Under the pieces are notes generated by a model. That model had not been told where the DNA came from. It saw nothing but the letters and a program-made list of their open reading frames with translations, and did no database searches. The position numbers and the translations under genes are program-made. From the NCBI RefSeq assembly GCF_009914755.1, contig NC_060930.1: a DNA stretch of 64,000 nucleotides, one strand, 5' to 3'. This stretch comes from the human T2T-CHM13v2.0 reference genome, Homo sapiens. This document shows positions 12,526 through 28,433 of this stretch, one piece after another (position 1 is the stretch's first letter; every line of letters begins with the position of its first letter).

Positions 12526-14061
12526 TGCTTGGGATCTATTTGCTGAAGAGAAGAAAGGAGGATACCCTTAAAATAGATGACCCCACCATTTGGCTTTCAC
12601 ATTGAAAAGCCAGCCTCAGCTCTTCCTACTTTTCTTATTGATGAAGAATCTTACATCCCTACCAGCTCCCGGGCCTCAAAGACTACATCTTCCTCCTTGC
12701 CTTTCTTTGTCCCCATTTTCTTCTGTATGCTGCCTACTCCCAGGCTGGCACAGAGCAGCACTCCTTGACCAGAATGGCCCAGACAGTTGGAATAAAGGAT
12801 GACATTAAAATAGAGCCCTTTGTTATGTCTCTAGGGAGTGTCTTCAAAACACCCTGTTACAATGGCCGAGAAAATTGCCTGAGATGGCCAAGTTCAAAGG
12901 GCTTATCTTTGAATCAAAAGCGGGAATGGGGTTTTGTGCAAATGTCATCTTTTGCCCAGTTCTGAGTTTCTATGTAGCAAACTTGGAGTAAAGTTAAGAT
13001 CAAATGGGGCTCAGAGGATCAGCTATTACAATAGGCCTCAGTCAGATGGCTTTTCTTGAGCCACTGGATTTCATCAGAAGAGAATTGCAAACACAAACCC
13101 TTTGTTTAATGTAGACGGTGATGAAATAAATAGGGTGACTCCATCTCAACCACCCTCCTCCCTGTACTCACCCAACTGACTCTCGGAGATTGCCCAACCA
13201 AAGAGCAGAAGTTCACAGAATATCTCTTCTTGGGTCAGCACCCAAAGGTGGGAGCACTTGGCTTTGCTCCCAGAAAACTATAATCTGGTGAAGGCATGTG
13301 AGAAATGTGCCCTTCCCTACTGCATACTGCAGAAGAACGTGGCTGAGAGCCCGGCCACGGTAGCATCTATCCTCCACATAGAGTCTTTATGAAGTGACAC
13401 CTTCTCTCTCCAGCTCAGGCAATAGCCGCTGCCTGATCAGAACACAATTGAATGTGGCCTTGGGCCAGACTATGGCAGGCAAAGGTTAATTTCCTTTCCT
13501 TCTTAGAGCAGGACCTAGTTCCAATTGCCTCGCTTTGCCTAACTCAATTTTCCGCACAATATAGCAAGCTCCTTATCTTGGGCAGTGAGGTAGAAGCTTC
13601 CCCTTGTTCCTCCTTATGGTTTCCAGTGGAACTTTGAGGAGGGGCACATTTTGCTTAAAAAACAGCATTAATTGTGAAGCGAGAATAGCTTTTCTACCGA
13701 TGGCTGCTTTTCTAGCAAAAATGTCTGCCTGCAAGGACCTCCCCATGTGACCTGGCAGGGAGAAAAGATAATGAGGAGCTCAGGTGAACAACTCAGGACC
13801 TGAGGAAAGTAGGCCAGTGGGTCAAAATAAAATCCAGCCAGGAGCAAACAGAAGAGTTAATGAACAGGAGATCACCTGATGCCCGGGCCCCTCTACCTTC
13901 AGCGATTTCATGTCCGAAGGTACTCTGTGCTCACCCGGGTAACACAGCTTTGTTAAGAGAATAGTCAGGCTGATAGATTTGTTCACTTCTATAGTCGCTT
14001 ATCTTGGAATTACTCCATTGTTTTTAGAAAAATGACAGTTCATTTTCTAAAAATTAACACA

Positions 14062-14672
<611 letters not shown>

Positions 14673-14889
14673 CTAAGAAGAAAATGAAATGCCTCCAAAC
14701 CCACCATCCGTCAAGTAACCATCATGAGATTAGGGGACTGCAATTTTAGTTACGTCTTTATGCACAGAGAGATAGTAGGAAGGATAGATTTACAAGCAGA
14801 AATAATTTAAAGGGAGTATAACACATAGTTTATTTAATAAAGAGGATTCCACTATTTGAACTTAACAGATAAGAAAGAAACTGAATTGC

Positions 14890-15228
<339 letters not shown>

Positions 15229-15569
15229 CTAAAATGATACGGATTTTTAGTTTTTTTTTTTTTTTTTTTTTTAGATTGGCAGGGTAAACCTCTAAGGCCA
15301 ACTGAGGTAAACATCATCAGAAAAGCAGGTAACATAGGGAAATAAAGCCCCAGATGATGCACAAATGTTTTGTTTGGCACTCTGGGAAGATGCCTTAACT
15401 TCAGATAAATATAGCAAGCTACTCTGGAATTTGTGTTCTGGGAGCCCTGGCTCTGGCAATGCAGCTGGCTTGCTCCTGTGTTTGGATGGGTTATCTCATC
15501 TTTATAGGAAGGAGGCTCTACCTAATGCTTGGTAAATCCTGACAACAACAATGAAAGTTGGAAAGAAGG

Positions 15570-15910
15570 TTTGGGAGGCCAAGATGGGTGGATCAGCTGA
15601 GGTCAGGTGTTTGAGACCAGACTAACCAACATAACGAAACCCCATCTCTACTAAAAATACAAAATTAGCTGGGGGTGGTGGTGCATGCCTGTAATCGCAG
15701 CTACTCGGGAGGTTGAGGCAAAAGAATTGCTTGAACCCAGGAGGCAGAGGTTGCAGTGAGCTTAGATAGCATCATTGCACTCCAGCCTGGGCAACAAGAG
15801 CAAAACTCTGTCAAAGAAAGAAAGGAGAGAGAGAGAGAGAGAGAGGAAGGAAGAAAGGAAGAAAGAAAGAAAGGAGGAAAGGAAGAGAGGAAGAAAGGTG
15901 GAAAGAAGGG
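15570..15910 (+). mobile_element. 5'-truncated AluS with polypurine tail (~15812-15910)
   Basis: Starts at tttgggaggccaag; ends gggcaacaagagcaaaactctgtc followed by (AG)/(AAGG) repeats. Confidence 0.92.
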
Positions 15911-16496
15911 GCATTAATTACCCAATATGCTGGCAGAAAAAAGTAGAGAACAATTTGCAAGCTCAGAGTCAGTGTCATGGGATCCCAGGACAGACCAATA
16001 TAGGTCTGACCAATTTGGATGGAAGGAGAAAAAGTGAGGAGAAAGAGGAAGAAGGAGGGTAGAGGAGAGAGACCTGACTCCCTACACTAACGCTGAGAAT
16101 CAACACCTTACCCCTCACCCTCTGCCTCAGCACAGAAGGGCCCCATAATTACTCACACAGCAATACAGAGTTTAATTTCACGGATGCAGAAGGAAAGCTT
16201 TCAAAGTAACAAGGAAGCCTCACATAATTGTATGGTAAACCTGAGCTTTCACCAGGAGGAGCCCAGCTCCTGCAAACAGCCAGCATGTATGCAGACCTTT
16301 GAGTATGCTGTCATTGCGTTATAGGACAAATGAGACTGTCAGCAGGAATGGTGAAAAACAGAAGGAAGACTCCAGGCAAAGGGACACCTTGAAACACAGA
16401 GGAGAACAGAGAAGCCAGCTGTGAAGACAGAGGGCTCCAAACCCTGACTGAATCCAACCCGTGGCTCCAGGGCCTGCCTCCTTCATTACCAAGTGA

Positions 16497-16925
<429 letters not shown>

Positions 16926-17099
16926 TGATGAAGGCCTGCCATCCAGTCTGTGATAGGAGCCAGTCAGAGGCGGGAAGGAGCACCTTAACTTTTCCTTCTC
17001 TTCAAGGAATTAGGATGATCCCTTTCTACAACCCGCTCATTGACAGCATTTCCAGTGAGAAGCCCAAGGAAAGCCTTTACTTCAGAGACCAGAGCAGGA

Positions 17100-17330
17100 A
17101 GCCCAGAGCACGAGCTTTGGAATGGGACAGCCTGGTTCAACTTCTTGCTCTGCCTCTTTTTAGCTGTTGCGGTCAAATTACTCAGCGTCTTTGTGCCTCT
17201 GTTTCCTTAACTGAAACATGAGGGAAATAAGAAGAGCTACTTTAGAGCTATTGCAGGGATTAAAGGAAATAATCCACAGCAAGTGCTAAGAGCAATTCCA
17301 GCCTTAGCAAGAGCTCCAATATTAGCTATG
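17100..17330 (+). mobile_element. MIR SINE
   Basis: tctttgtgcctctgtttccttaactgaaacatgagggaaataa...gggattaaaggaaataat. Confidence 0.75.
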
Positions 17331-17361
17331 AGGGTTAGACTGCCACTTAGTACATTATAAG

Positions 17362-17729
17362 TGTTATGAGCTGAAGTGTGTCCCTCTAAAATTCATATAT
17401 TGAAGCTCAAACCCCCAGTACCTCAGAATGTGACTATATTTGGAGACACGTTCTTTATGGAGGTAATTAGGTTAAGAGGAGGTCATTGGAGTGGGCCTTA
17501 ATCCACTAGGACTGGTGTCCTTAGGAGAAGAGGAGATGACGCAGACACAACAGAGGGAAGACCCTGTGAGGACACAGAGAAGACACCACCTACAAGGCAA
17601 CGAGAAAGGCCTTAGGAGAAACCAACCCTGCTGGCACCTTGATCTTGAACTTCCAGCCTCCAAAACTATGAGAAGATAAATTTCCTTGTTTAGGCCACCC
17701 AGCGTAAACAGCCTTAGCAAACGAATACA
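17362..17729 (+). mobile_element. MaLR solo LTR, MLT1A/B-like
   Basis: tgttatgagctgaagtgtgtccc start; gatcttgaacttccagcctccaaaactatgag; gaataca end. Confidence 0.88.
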
Positions 17730-19719
17730 AAGGTTGACTGGTATTTTTAGCAGAACTGATATTCAACCAGTGTGGAAGCAGAGCCAACATCACTTCTGGT
17801 TGGCAGTATCAGTTATGAAATATTTCAAATGTCTTTAACGTCCACTCCCTTCCCCCCGTTGTTACTGTTACTCCAGGGGTGTCGACCCTGGGATGGGAGA
17901 ACCAGCGTGGGCTGCAGAAATCAGTGGCAACAGGCCTGCCTTCTGCTCCCTCCTCTTGCCTTCCCTTCTGGGCTAACACAACTCAGCATGCCCTGTGCTC
18001 TGAGCACTTCCCCCGCCCTCCTTTGAAGCACAAAGGTTGTAATGACCAAGTGTAGTGACGGGGTGGAGAGGGCTCCTCTGAGCAAAGCTATTATCAAATG
18101 CTCATCTGAGAAGGCCTTGGGGATCCTGTCTGCCTCAGAGTGTGTGTGTTGCTATGACGATAAGCATGATCCTGTTTGCCCAGCATCTTCAGTCTTTCAA
18201 GTGGTCTCAGTGGCAGGTACTGTATACATGAGAGGCCCAAAGAAATCTGAACTGGGAATGAAGTTTTGCCCAGGCACATGGCCCACCCTCTTGGCTCTGC
18301 CACTGAGTCAGCCTTTGCCAACATGTTCCGCTGGAGTGTCTGCACTCTAGACTGAGGGGCCACTCGTACCTGAGGTTTTGCCCTCTTTTTTCAGTTACCA
18401 GCCACACAATTTGTCACTGCATCTGCCCACAGGGCCTTGACCCTTCCACACTCTCCTGGGAGACAGGAAGAAGGAACGGAGGTGACCTGCCAGTCTTAAA
18501 AATCTACCTGGGGACTGGCACTATGGGGAGCAGGCCACCCACTTGTGAAGGGTTGTTCAGCCTGTCATTGGCCTCCAGTTTTCTCTCCTGCCACCAAGGC
18601 ACATCAGCACAGCTGGAGTCAGCATGCACAATGACAAGTAATGAGCACACATGCCTCATCAAAAGGATAATCAAAAGAAGAGGTCCGATCCAAGAAAAAC
18701 CAACGTGATCCTCTCTAATGAATGGTCCCCACAGTGGCATTCAGCTCTAGAAGGGCAGGGAACTTCCAGCTGGCTGTAGTTTAGCTCTGTACTCTCCTTA
18801 CCCAAGGTAAGCCAAGAGTGAGGCAGGCTGAAAAGAATGTATGAGCATTCCCTGGCCAAGATGGGAAAAAAAGCACCACTCTGAAGCAAGAATTGACCCT
18901 GCCCTCCAAGGCTGCCCCAGCTACCACCCCCTGGACCATGGGACAGCCTGTGCTGCCTTGTCCAAACAAGCATGTGTGCAAAGCAGCCCACAGCAAAGCC
19001 AAACAAACAGCTTGGCAGATAAGACCCCAAGGCTCTACCAAGCAAACGAGGTTCAATCTCAAAGCTTAGTTTGGTTCCGTCCCTTGCACAGGTTAATGGG
19101 ACCAAGAGTCACCTTAGGAATTATGCAGCACAGAGATGCCTGATATAAAGAGGCCAATATAGAATGCATAATAGGGCCAAGCCCCTAAGACTCTCCCAGA
19201 AATCAGTTTCTAGATTCTACAGATGATGCTTTCCATCTGCTTTACAGTTGCCAAAGCAAATCACGTTTATTCTAAAAACAGATAAGGGCTTGCTCACACC
19301 AATCAAAAGCAGGTTTTTATCTACTATTAGTAGGCTGCCTCTTCAGCAGAGACTATCGTGTTCCCCAGCCAGGCTAACTGGCATTAAACCACTTATAAGT
19401 ACCCACTAACAAGCTAGGTACCCTGGGGAAACTGGACACAAACAAAGCATGGGCCCTGTTCCTTAGCATCTTGCAATGTGGATGGCGAGAAAAGATGCAC
19501 ATATTTGGAGATGACTTGAGATGGCAGTGCAGTCACACTGGCAGGAAAGCCAGGCTTGTGACGCAGGTCTGTGAGTGCCGGAAGCACTGGGCAGAGTCAG
19601 CCAGCGCCCTGCAAATCCAACCAACAGAACAAAACTAGCCAGCAGAGGCTTAAGAGGCTGAGAAGCTGAGCTGTTTGTCTTAGGTTGGTAGCCCAGGGTG
19701 AATACAGCTATCTCTGGCC

Positions 19720-19950
19720 AGGCATGTAGCACAGCACAGAGTTGATGAGATCTAGTCCAAGAGCTACTCTGCTTGGGTTCAATTCCTGGCATGGCCACCT
19801 AGGTCCCTCATGTGATCTCTCTGTGCCTCCATAGCCCCATCTGTAAAATGGAGACCAATAAACAGCATGCATATCATAGGCATGTTGGGAAAAATGTCAG
19901 CACAGTGGCTGGCATGTAGGAAATGCTTGATAAATGTTGGCTATTATCCT
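19720..19950 (+). mobile_element. MIR SINE
   Basis: gggttcaattcctggc...ctctctgtgcctc...catctgtaaaatgg...ataaatgttggctatt. Confidence 0.75.
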
Positions 19951-21059
19951 GAATCTAAACTTCTAAAGGGGTTCCCTTTTGTTTATGGCAGGAATCAGAA
20001 TATCCACTCTGAGTCCAAAGACAGATTATGTAGCTCAAAGTAATTTTCATGTTAAATTAGATTTTCTTGGGTGGTAGTGGGGGAGGGCTTAGAATCCTAT
20101 GAACATGGCATAAGTCAAAAGAGACTGTGACTCAAAGTAAAGGCCATTGTAATCCCAACAAATGCAAGGGCTAGAAACAGAATGAGGCCTGCTTTTCCTG
20201 CCAGGGAACAGCAACTGTAGTATCCGAGCAGGGAAGGGAATTAGGCACCAATGAGAAAGCACATCAGCCATGATATCCCAGAACAGCTAGCAGCAGGGCA
20301 CAAGCCCAACTCCCTGCTGGCAGGACCCCCTCTTCATCCTTCACTGCTATATCCAGATTCCTCCCCAGCACTCGTGCCCTGTCTGGGGAGGACACTTAAA
20401 ATATTCCTCACAGACTAGACACCAACACCTAACTTTTCTCAGGTCCTCCTAAAGCCAATCCCCTCCCGTCTTCCACTCTTTCCAGAACTTGAGCACATGG
20501 GACAGTTCTAGAATGTGCTTGACTGTGGGAAGCACAGTCTTTCTTTGCCTTCCAGTTGGCCTGCCCTTCTGCCCCCTTCCTTTCAACATCAATGTCCCTT
20601 CTGAGGGAGGGCACTGCCATTATGGGAGCGAAGAAGGGGTCGTTGAGTCACCCCCACCTCCTCCACCCACCTTGCCTTGGCCTCTCCGGCTCAGAACACA
20701 ACACAACTCTGAAGAAGTGGATGCTACTGGGCACAGTCCAGACCTGGGGGTGGCTGCAGATTTCAGAAGCCTTCCTACTTCTCATTTTTTCCTTAAGGGG
20801 AGGCATCTGCCCATGTCCTGAGTCAGTGGGATGTTTGGGTTAAGTTCCACAGGGCATCCAGTGACAGCAGACCTTCTATGTGTCCGGATTCACTAGCTGG
20901 GCAAGCTGACCTCTTCAATGGTCCACTTACTCATCAGATGGATACGTAGAAATGGTTAAATGAGATCATGAATGTGAAGCACATAGAGTTTGAGCCATGA
21001 TGGCCATCTGCCTAACTGACCACCATTATTATCTATATGGCTATGGTGACTGGTGTCTA

Positions 21060-22140
21060 GTTTTCTATTCGTTCATTAAACGAACATTGACATATTTTTC
21101 TAGCATCAACCATGTTTCTGGCACACAGTGGTAACAGACAAACGTGGTCCCATCCCTCGAGGAATTTAGGGTCTAGTTGGGGAGTGATATGGTTTGGCTC
21201 TGTGTCCCCACCCAAATCTCATCTCAAACTGTAATCTCCATGTGTCACTTCCCTGGTGGGTAGTGACTGGATAAAGGGGGTGGTTTCCCCCATGCCATTC
21301 TCATGATAGTGAGTGAATTCTCATGAGATCCGATGGTTTAAAAGTGTTTGGCCATACCCCCTTAATGCTCTCTCTCTCCTGCCGCCTTGTGAAGAAGGTC
21401 CTTGCTTCCCCTTTGCCTTCCACCATGATTGTAAGTTTCCTGAGGCCTCATTGGCCATGAAGAACTGTGAGTCAATTACAAATGGACTCTTTCCTTTATA
21501 AATTGTCCAGTCTCAAGTATGCTTTATAGCAGTGTGAAAATGGACTAATACAGGGAGACAGCCAGAAAACAATTAAAGAAAGGAAGAAACATCATTTCAG
21601 GTTGTGAAAATGCTATGAAAGAAACCAATGGAGTTTGTGACATAGGATAACAAGAAGGAACTTACTTTAGAAACAGCAGTCGAAGAAGGCCTCACTGAGG
21701 TGACATTTAAGCTAAAAAGGAATGATGAGAAGAAGCTAGCCATGTGGAGAGGAGGGGCTTGATGGGTCCAAGAAATGAAAAAGTCAGTACGGCTGCTGTG
21801 CCATCACAAAAGGGATAGTGTCATTTGGTGAGGGGGAGAGCTGGGCAGGGGCTAGGTCTGTAGTCCTTGGTAAGAAGCTTAAATTTTATCCTAAGGGTAA
21901 TACAAAGTCTCTGAAAGGTTTTAACCAAGAGAGGGTATCTCATATAGATGTACCAGACTTTAATTATTCACAATAAAAATTCCTATTTACTCCTATCGAG
22001 CACTCACTGTGTGCTAGGCTCTAGGCTAAAAATTGTGCATGCATTATTCAGGCAGGGCATGGTAGCAATGGGGACTAGAGTGATGGAGATGGGGATGGAG
22101 AAAAGTGCAGAGATTTGAGAAGTGAATAAAGGAAAAGAAA
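21060..22140 (-). mobile_element. L2 LINE 3' region, split by an MST/THE1 LTR
   Basis: cattaaacgaacattga...gaaggcctcactgaggtgacatttaagct...ttttatcctaagggtaat. Confidence 0.75.
21185..21552 (+). mobile_element. MaLR solo LTR, MSTA/THE1D-like
   Basis: tgatatggtttggctctgtgtccccacccaaatctcatc...ggactaataca; TG..CA ends; 5-bp duplication gggag. Confidence 0.92.
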
Positions 22141-22376
22141 GTGGTCAGGCTTTGCTGACAGAGTGAAGAGGACCCAGGGTAGAGCCTGGCTGAGACACTG
22201 CCACTGGCTTCTCAAGCTATCCCATCATCATCATTCTTATCATATCCCTATCAGAACTATCATTTAACCAAAGAACAAGACAAGATTAAATCAATTAGTC
22301 AACTTCTTTAAAACCATTATAAACACTGCACAATGTGCTAAGTGAGAAGCACATGCTAAGTTATTCTGTACTCTAG

Positions 22377-22724
<348 letters not shown>

Positions 22725-24629
22725 TGACAATTGCTAAATGAGCCAATGGACTTAAATCAGCTCCAAGGACAAAACCAGAGAATTAACCTAGAGACCCAAA
22801 GTCCTAGTGCTATTTAGCAACTACAACAGTGCTGCTAGTACAGTCGGTGTAACCAAGCACAAAGGGCTTCTTACTGCATCACACAGCCTGTCAGGCACAG
22901 ACGCAGAACAACATCAGGCTCAAAACAGTCACAGAGCCTTGAGCCCAGAAATGGCTTCTCGTAAGTGCAGCAGGAGAATAATTCCCGGAATATGGATTCT
23001 TTCAACCATAGCATGAGTAACAATATCAGTTGCCATGTTTTTGTCGAAACAACAATGCATGTCTGGGTTCAGAACCTGCTGGGAAAAGATTAAGCTGAAA
23101 GGGTCTAACCCACCCCTCACCATGGAGAGCACGTACACTCCTGCAGGCATTCTGGAAAACCTTGGCCATTTTCATCAATGCATGGGTGAATTTCAAAACA
23201 ATATGCAACAGTCCAAGTGAGAAAACAAAAACAAAGTGAGAGGAGAAAAACACTTTCTAAAGCTGAATGCCTTGGGTCTGTCATCCTCCTGCACCTGGAA
23301 AGAATGTGTTAACTTGCAGGTAAGAAGAGAGAAAGGTATCATGCTTATCTGACCTGGCCTCAGCCCCAGACCTGGACAAAGGTTGTCATTTTTGGAAGCT
23401 AGCCATTCACCTACTTAGTAAAAATCTTACACCGAAGCCACTGCAGGGGACAGGCAGGATTATAAATCATAACAAGATGGAGAAGGGACAAAAGAAAAAT
23501 GAAGGCTGGAACTGGAAGAAACAGCCACTTCTTGGAAGGGGAATTGTCCCATTCTCATTAATTACCCTCCGGAGCTGCAAAAATCCAATCTGGGCACAGG
23601 GTCTGATTGACACATCACTGATCAAACTAGGTCCGTTTGCAGAATATGCAGCCATCAGGGATGATTCTCCTTGCATGAAGAAGTTTTATTTTTTTATCTC
23701 AGCCTTCAGTTTGCTCATGTGTCCTTTAATGGAATGAATCAAGTTATGCAGCCTGTGAAAATAATGAATGCAGAGGCCTAAAAGGTGACACATGGGAGCT
23801 TGCTCTGAACTTGAACCTGAGACACCACTTTAAGGAATCACCCGAAGCCCAGAGTATTGGTGTCATCTGTCACCTCTGCTCCTCATTTCTTATTCATACT
23901 CTTAGCTTAGAACTGTGAGATGTTAAAGCTGGCACACATCTTAGAAATCAAGCTGTCTGGGACTCATGCTGAAGATAAAGAAGCAGTCCCAGCAAGGATG
24001 GGTGCCTGTTGCCACACAACTGGCCAATGGCAATTCCAGAATTGGAATAAAAAAGAAGGTCTCCTGAGCACTGGTCCAGCGAGAGCCTTCCTGCCACACT
24101 GGGAAATGTTTCTCAGTCCTTTTCATGAATATAATCAATAATGCAAAGCCCTAGAAGGAAGTCAAACAGGTGCTGGAGCTAACAGATTTCAAATGCATCC
24201 TGCCAATTGTCCGGTCGGTGTTTCCTGGTCAGATCATGGAGTTTGGGAGCCCCAGCAGGTGGTTCCTGGCTTTGTGTTTTTCTCAAGCTCCCATTAAGCA
24301 GAAGGCTTGGCATGGAGGAGAAGAAGCAGATGGTTCTTGCTGAAGTCCAGGTTGCCATATTGGACTTCCACTGCATTCCCTGTTGCTGAAAGAACTTGGA
24401 AGATTCATGCCCATTTGAGAGGTGAACGTCTTCCAAAACGAGATGGAGGCAAGGATTATTAAAAACTATGACTGAGATCTGGAGATCAAGATTCCAAAGA
24501 GGGAACAGACTATTTTTAAAGTTTCTACTCTTCCCTGGGGGAAGGAAGGATGCCAGAGGCCTCTAAAGGCCACAGATTTCCTCCCAAGGGATGAGTGAAA
24601 GCAAATGACATTGATCGCCCTACAATATG

Positions 24630-25380
24630 TGCTCTTAAATGGGCCACTTCTCACTCTCCACAGAGACCGCCATCCTCTCTCTCCTGGACTGTGGCAGTAG
24701 CTGCTGGTCTCCTTGCTTCTATCCCTGCCGATGGCTAAACCAGAGCCACAGCCAACCTCTTAAAACAGGGCATTGGATCCTGTGACTCCCCTGCTACCCG
24801 CCTTCCGATGGCTTTGAATACATTTGATGTAGAACCCCGAGTCAGTCCTGTGGTTTGCAGGACCCTCCACGATCTGCTTCCTCCTCTGCAGCGCCCGTGC
24901 CGCCGCTCCTCTGACTTCTCCCCCTCGCTTGTTTCTTTCCAGCTCACCACCTCCTCACGGTTGCGGGACACGGAAACCCACTCCCACCCCCTTCGCACTC
25001 ACTGTTGCTTCCACCTGAAACCTGCTGTCCGTAAATGTTCATGTCTCCCTCCCTTGCTTCCTTCAAATCTCTACTTAAACGTCCCCTCTTCGGATAGCCC
25101 TTCTCTGCCCACCCCATGGAGGCTGGCACTTTGCTCACCCCTCACCCCTATCACTCCTGTGCCCCGCCGGCCGGGCTTTGGGGCAATGTGTTTATCACCT
25201 GCTGAAGGGATGCAGTCATCTCTCTCCCCTCTGAGAAGGTGTGTGAGCTCCATGCAGGCAGGACGTGGTCTGCCTGTTCACTGCCCTGTCTCCCTCTGGT
25301 GTCTGAGACAATGGCCAGCACAGAGAAGGGGCTCAGTCCATACCTTCTGGCTCGCATGGGATCCGTGCCTTTGAATGAGG
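24630..25380 (+). mobile_element. L2 LINE 3' end (L2a-like), CpG-rich
   Basis: tgtgactcccctgct...ccttccgatggct; gaccctccacgatctg; tgtgagctccatgcaggcaggac...cctgttcactgc...cacagagaaggggctcag. Confidence 0.75.
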
Positions 25381-26436
25381 TCTGGATGGAGAAAACACAG
25401 TTTCTCGTGGAAAACCCAAAGCCAGTGGGCCCTCTAGTTTCTTTGTATACACAGATTTGTTTCCAAATAGATATCCTCCCATCTATCCATGCAGCCCTGT
25501 TTTAGAGAGTGACAACCAAGCCTCAGGACACAACACATGGAGGCCTGGCAGGGGTCTGAGGGCGAGGGAACAGCAGTCGAATTCTGGCAGGAAGAGGGCA
25601 TCCTACTCTCAGATCCCAAGCGTAGTCCAATTCTTGGGCATCTTTCCAAGGAAGAGCTCATCCCACCCACTTCCTAGATACAGCTAGCTTGAGAGTGGAA
25701 CACTAAGGGAATTAGGAGCGGAAGAGAAAAGCAGGGGAAAGAGAAAAGCTGTCACCAATCGAGATGGATCCCAGAGCCCTCCTGAAAACTCCTGACCTCC
25801 CTGAGACAAAAGGCACGTGTTTTCTTCTTCCTGTGCAGTACCTCAAAATGCATCCAGTGAAAACCCAGTCAAGAGCTGCTGTCTTTTTTCCTAAGTCTCT
25901 AGAATAAACTGCCAGGTATTTATCTTAAATTAACAAGACTTCTAGTTATCCAGCAGGCCAATGGCTCTACTTCAACAAAGGACTGATTTTTTCCGGGTCT
26001 TTGAGAGGACATACGCCTAGGCACCTTCTTCCTTTGTGTGGGAGTATAACATGGCACTAAAGCAGGTTGTGATGTGTTTCAAGTGTATTTTAAAAAATTC
26101 CATGCCCAGTAATTGTACATAGAAGAATTCACTCTAAACAGGATGTCATACATCAGACAAAATATTATCTGCAAAGATATTCATCTAAGCACTATTTATA
26201 GTGGCGAGGGGGAGCCACGAACCACCTAAATGTCTAAAAATAACAATAATAATGTATGTAAAATTCTTAGCCCAGTGCCTGGCACACAGTGAGTATTCAA
26301 TAAGGGGTAGATATAACATTGTTATTTTGAATAATTAAAGAGAGTATGGTACATTTATATGATGGATATTTTTGAAGCTTTTGTTTTTCTGTTGGTGTTA
26401 TCACATGCATATAAAAATGTGAGTAAAAAATAAACT

Positions 26437-26744
<308 letters not shown>

Positions 26745-28433
26745 TTAAAAAATTATACTTTCTGCAGGATATCCATCCATATTTAAAAAAAAACCATCAA
26801 TATTTCCACACTATCCCAACCTCTATATTTGACAACTGCGCAAAAGGCATATGCCGCCCACCAGATACTCTCTCCACCCTACCACTGCAATCTTTATTAG
26901 CCTTCCCTCCCAGAGGCAAGTGAAAAAAAAAACCTTCTGTAATTCGATCAGCATTTTTAGGATCTATTATGTTCTAAGGCCTGACTAGGATGAACATCAC
27001 AGAAGGGACTGTTGAGAAGATCAGGCCGGAAGCTCATCCTGCCTACGGAGGATCTCTAGTGAGGGAGCAGAGGATTTGCCGGGCACACGAGGCCTTTCCC
27101 GGAGGCTGCAAATCAAACAGGCACAACAATCTGTGATGAATAAAGCAACGGCTGCGTTTTATCTCCAGAAAGCACCACTGAGCCAAAATCTGAAATCATG
27201 AGCTACATAATTCCTTTGGGGGAGAAATATATCCACAGGGAAGGAAGAAAATAAATCAACAGGCTTTCAGAAAAACTAGGGGTTGGTTGGGTCCCCTCCC
27301 CTTTTTCACCTTCATTCACACACACACTCACAAACACACACACAGGACAAGAACACATGCACAAACACACACTCTCTCCCTTTCTTCTAATTGTGCCCTT
27401 TTACAATTAAGGCTGCCATTCAATACTTAGGTTCTGGTGACAACAAAATGAACAAGAAGCTCATTTGTATGTTTTGTTGTGTTGCAAAAACCCCAAGTGG
27501 AGTAAAAGAACCCTAAAACACATGCTGTCCGAACGGATTCTCAGGAGAGAAAATCTGACTCTGCAAATGCAGAAAATGGCGTAGCTGGAGGGGGCTTGAG
27601 ACCCCATCCACCCCGTGGAGGAAACTAGGGTCCACCAAGTGACACTTAGTGTCCCCAAGATGCTACACAGAGAGTGTCCATTTTCTCCCAGCTTCAATAT
27701 CATCCAACAAATCCTTCATCCTCCACTTTCCTGCTTATTCAATTTATTTAAAATAATGCCTTGACAAGACAGAAGCAGAAAGTCACTTCCCCAAAAGTCA
27801 AGACGTCTTTTACGTGTCTCTACTCCAATCCTTTGCAAGTAAGTCACTAGCGTTCAGGTGGATGACAGGGAAAAAAGGAATGAAAAAAGAAACCCGTGTC
27901 CCCCTCCATTCAGATCATTTCCATCTAAGTAGGAAGCCTGTGTTCACCCAGATACCAGTAGGCTGGTTCCTTTGTTTAAACAAAAGCTTTCCTGAAAGCT
28001 GCAGGGAACCAGAGGGCAGGAATTCTTAGCAAGAATTTTCTCTTAGTGAAACAGGAAGTGCCCTGGTGGGAATGTCTTGGCCTGGTTTAACAATTCTGGA
28101 AATTCGGTGTGGCGAGGTAGGCTTTGTGTGAATGTGTGTGACTAGCAGGTTCACCCAAGGAGCTATTTTAAACCCAGCTTGCGTTAATTGGCTATTTCTC
28201 CTACATGTACCTCATTTTACACACACATCCTCCAGGTAGAAGAGCAAGTCCAGGAATGAACAGGCCACTTACAAAGTACTGCATGTCCGACGGTGGCAGA
28301 GACACCCCCTTGCAGCTGGGTTACTGAACACATTCTTGAAAACCAACCAAGTGAATGCCTTTGAAAGTCTGTCTCATTTCCAAAAGACAATAAGGGAATG
28401 AAACCCCAGACAGTGTTAGATTTCAAGATAAAT

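Noticed and set aside
24808-25374. 188-aa ORF
   Set aside because: Lies within a GC-rich L2 fossil; no recognisable domain.
28264-28275. Minus-strand splice donor TTT|gtaagt
   Set aside because: Isolated motif with no convincing acceptor, promoter or known peptide upstream.
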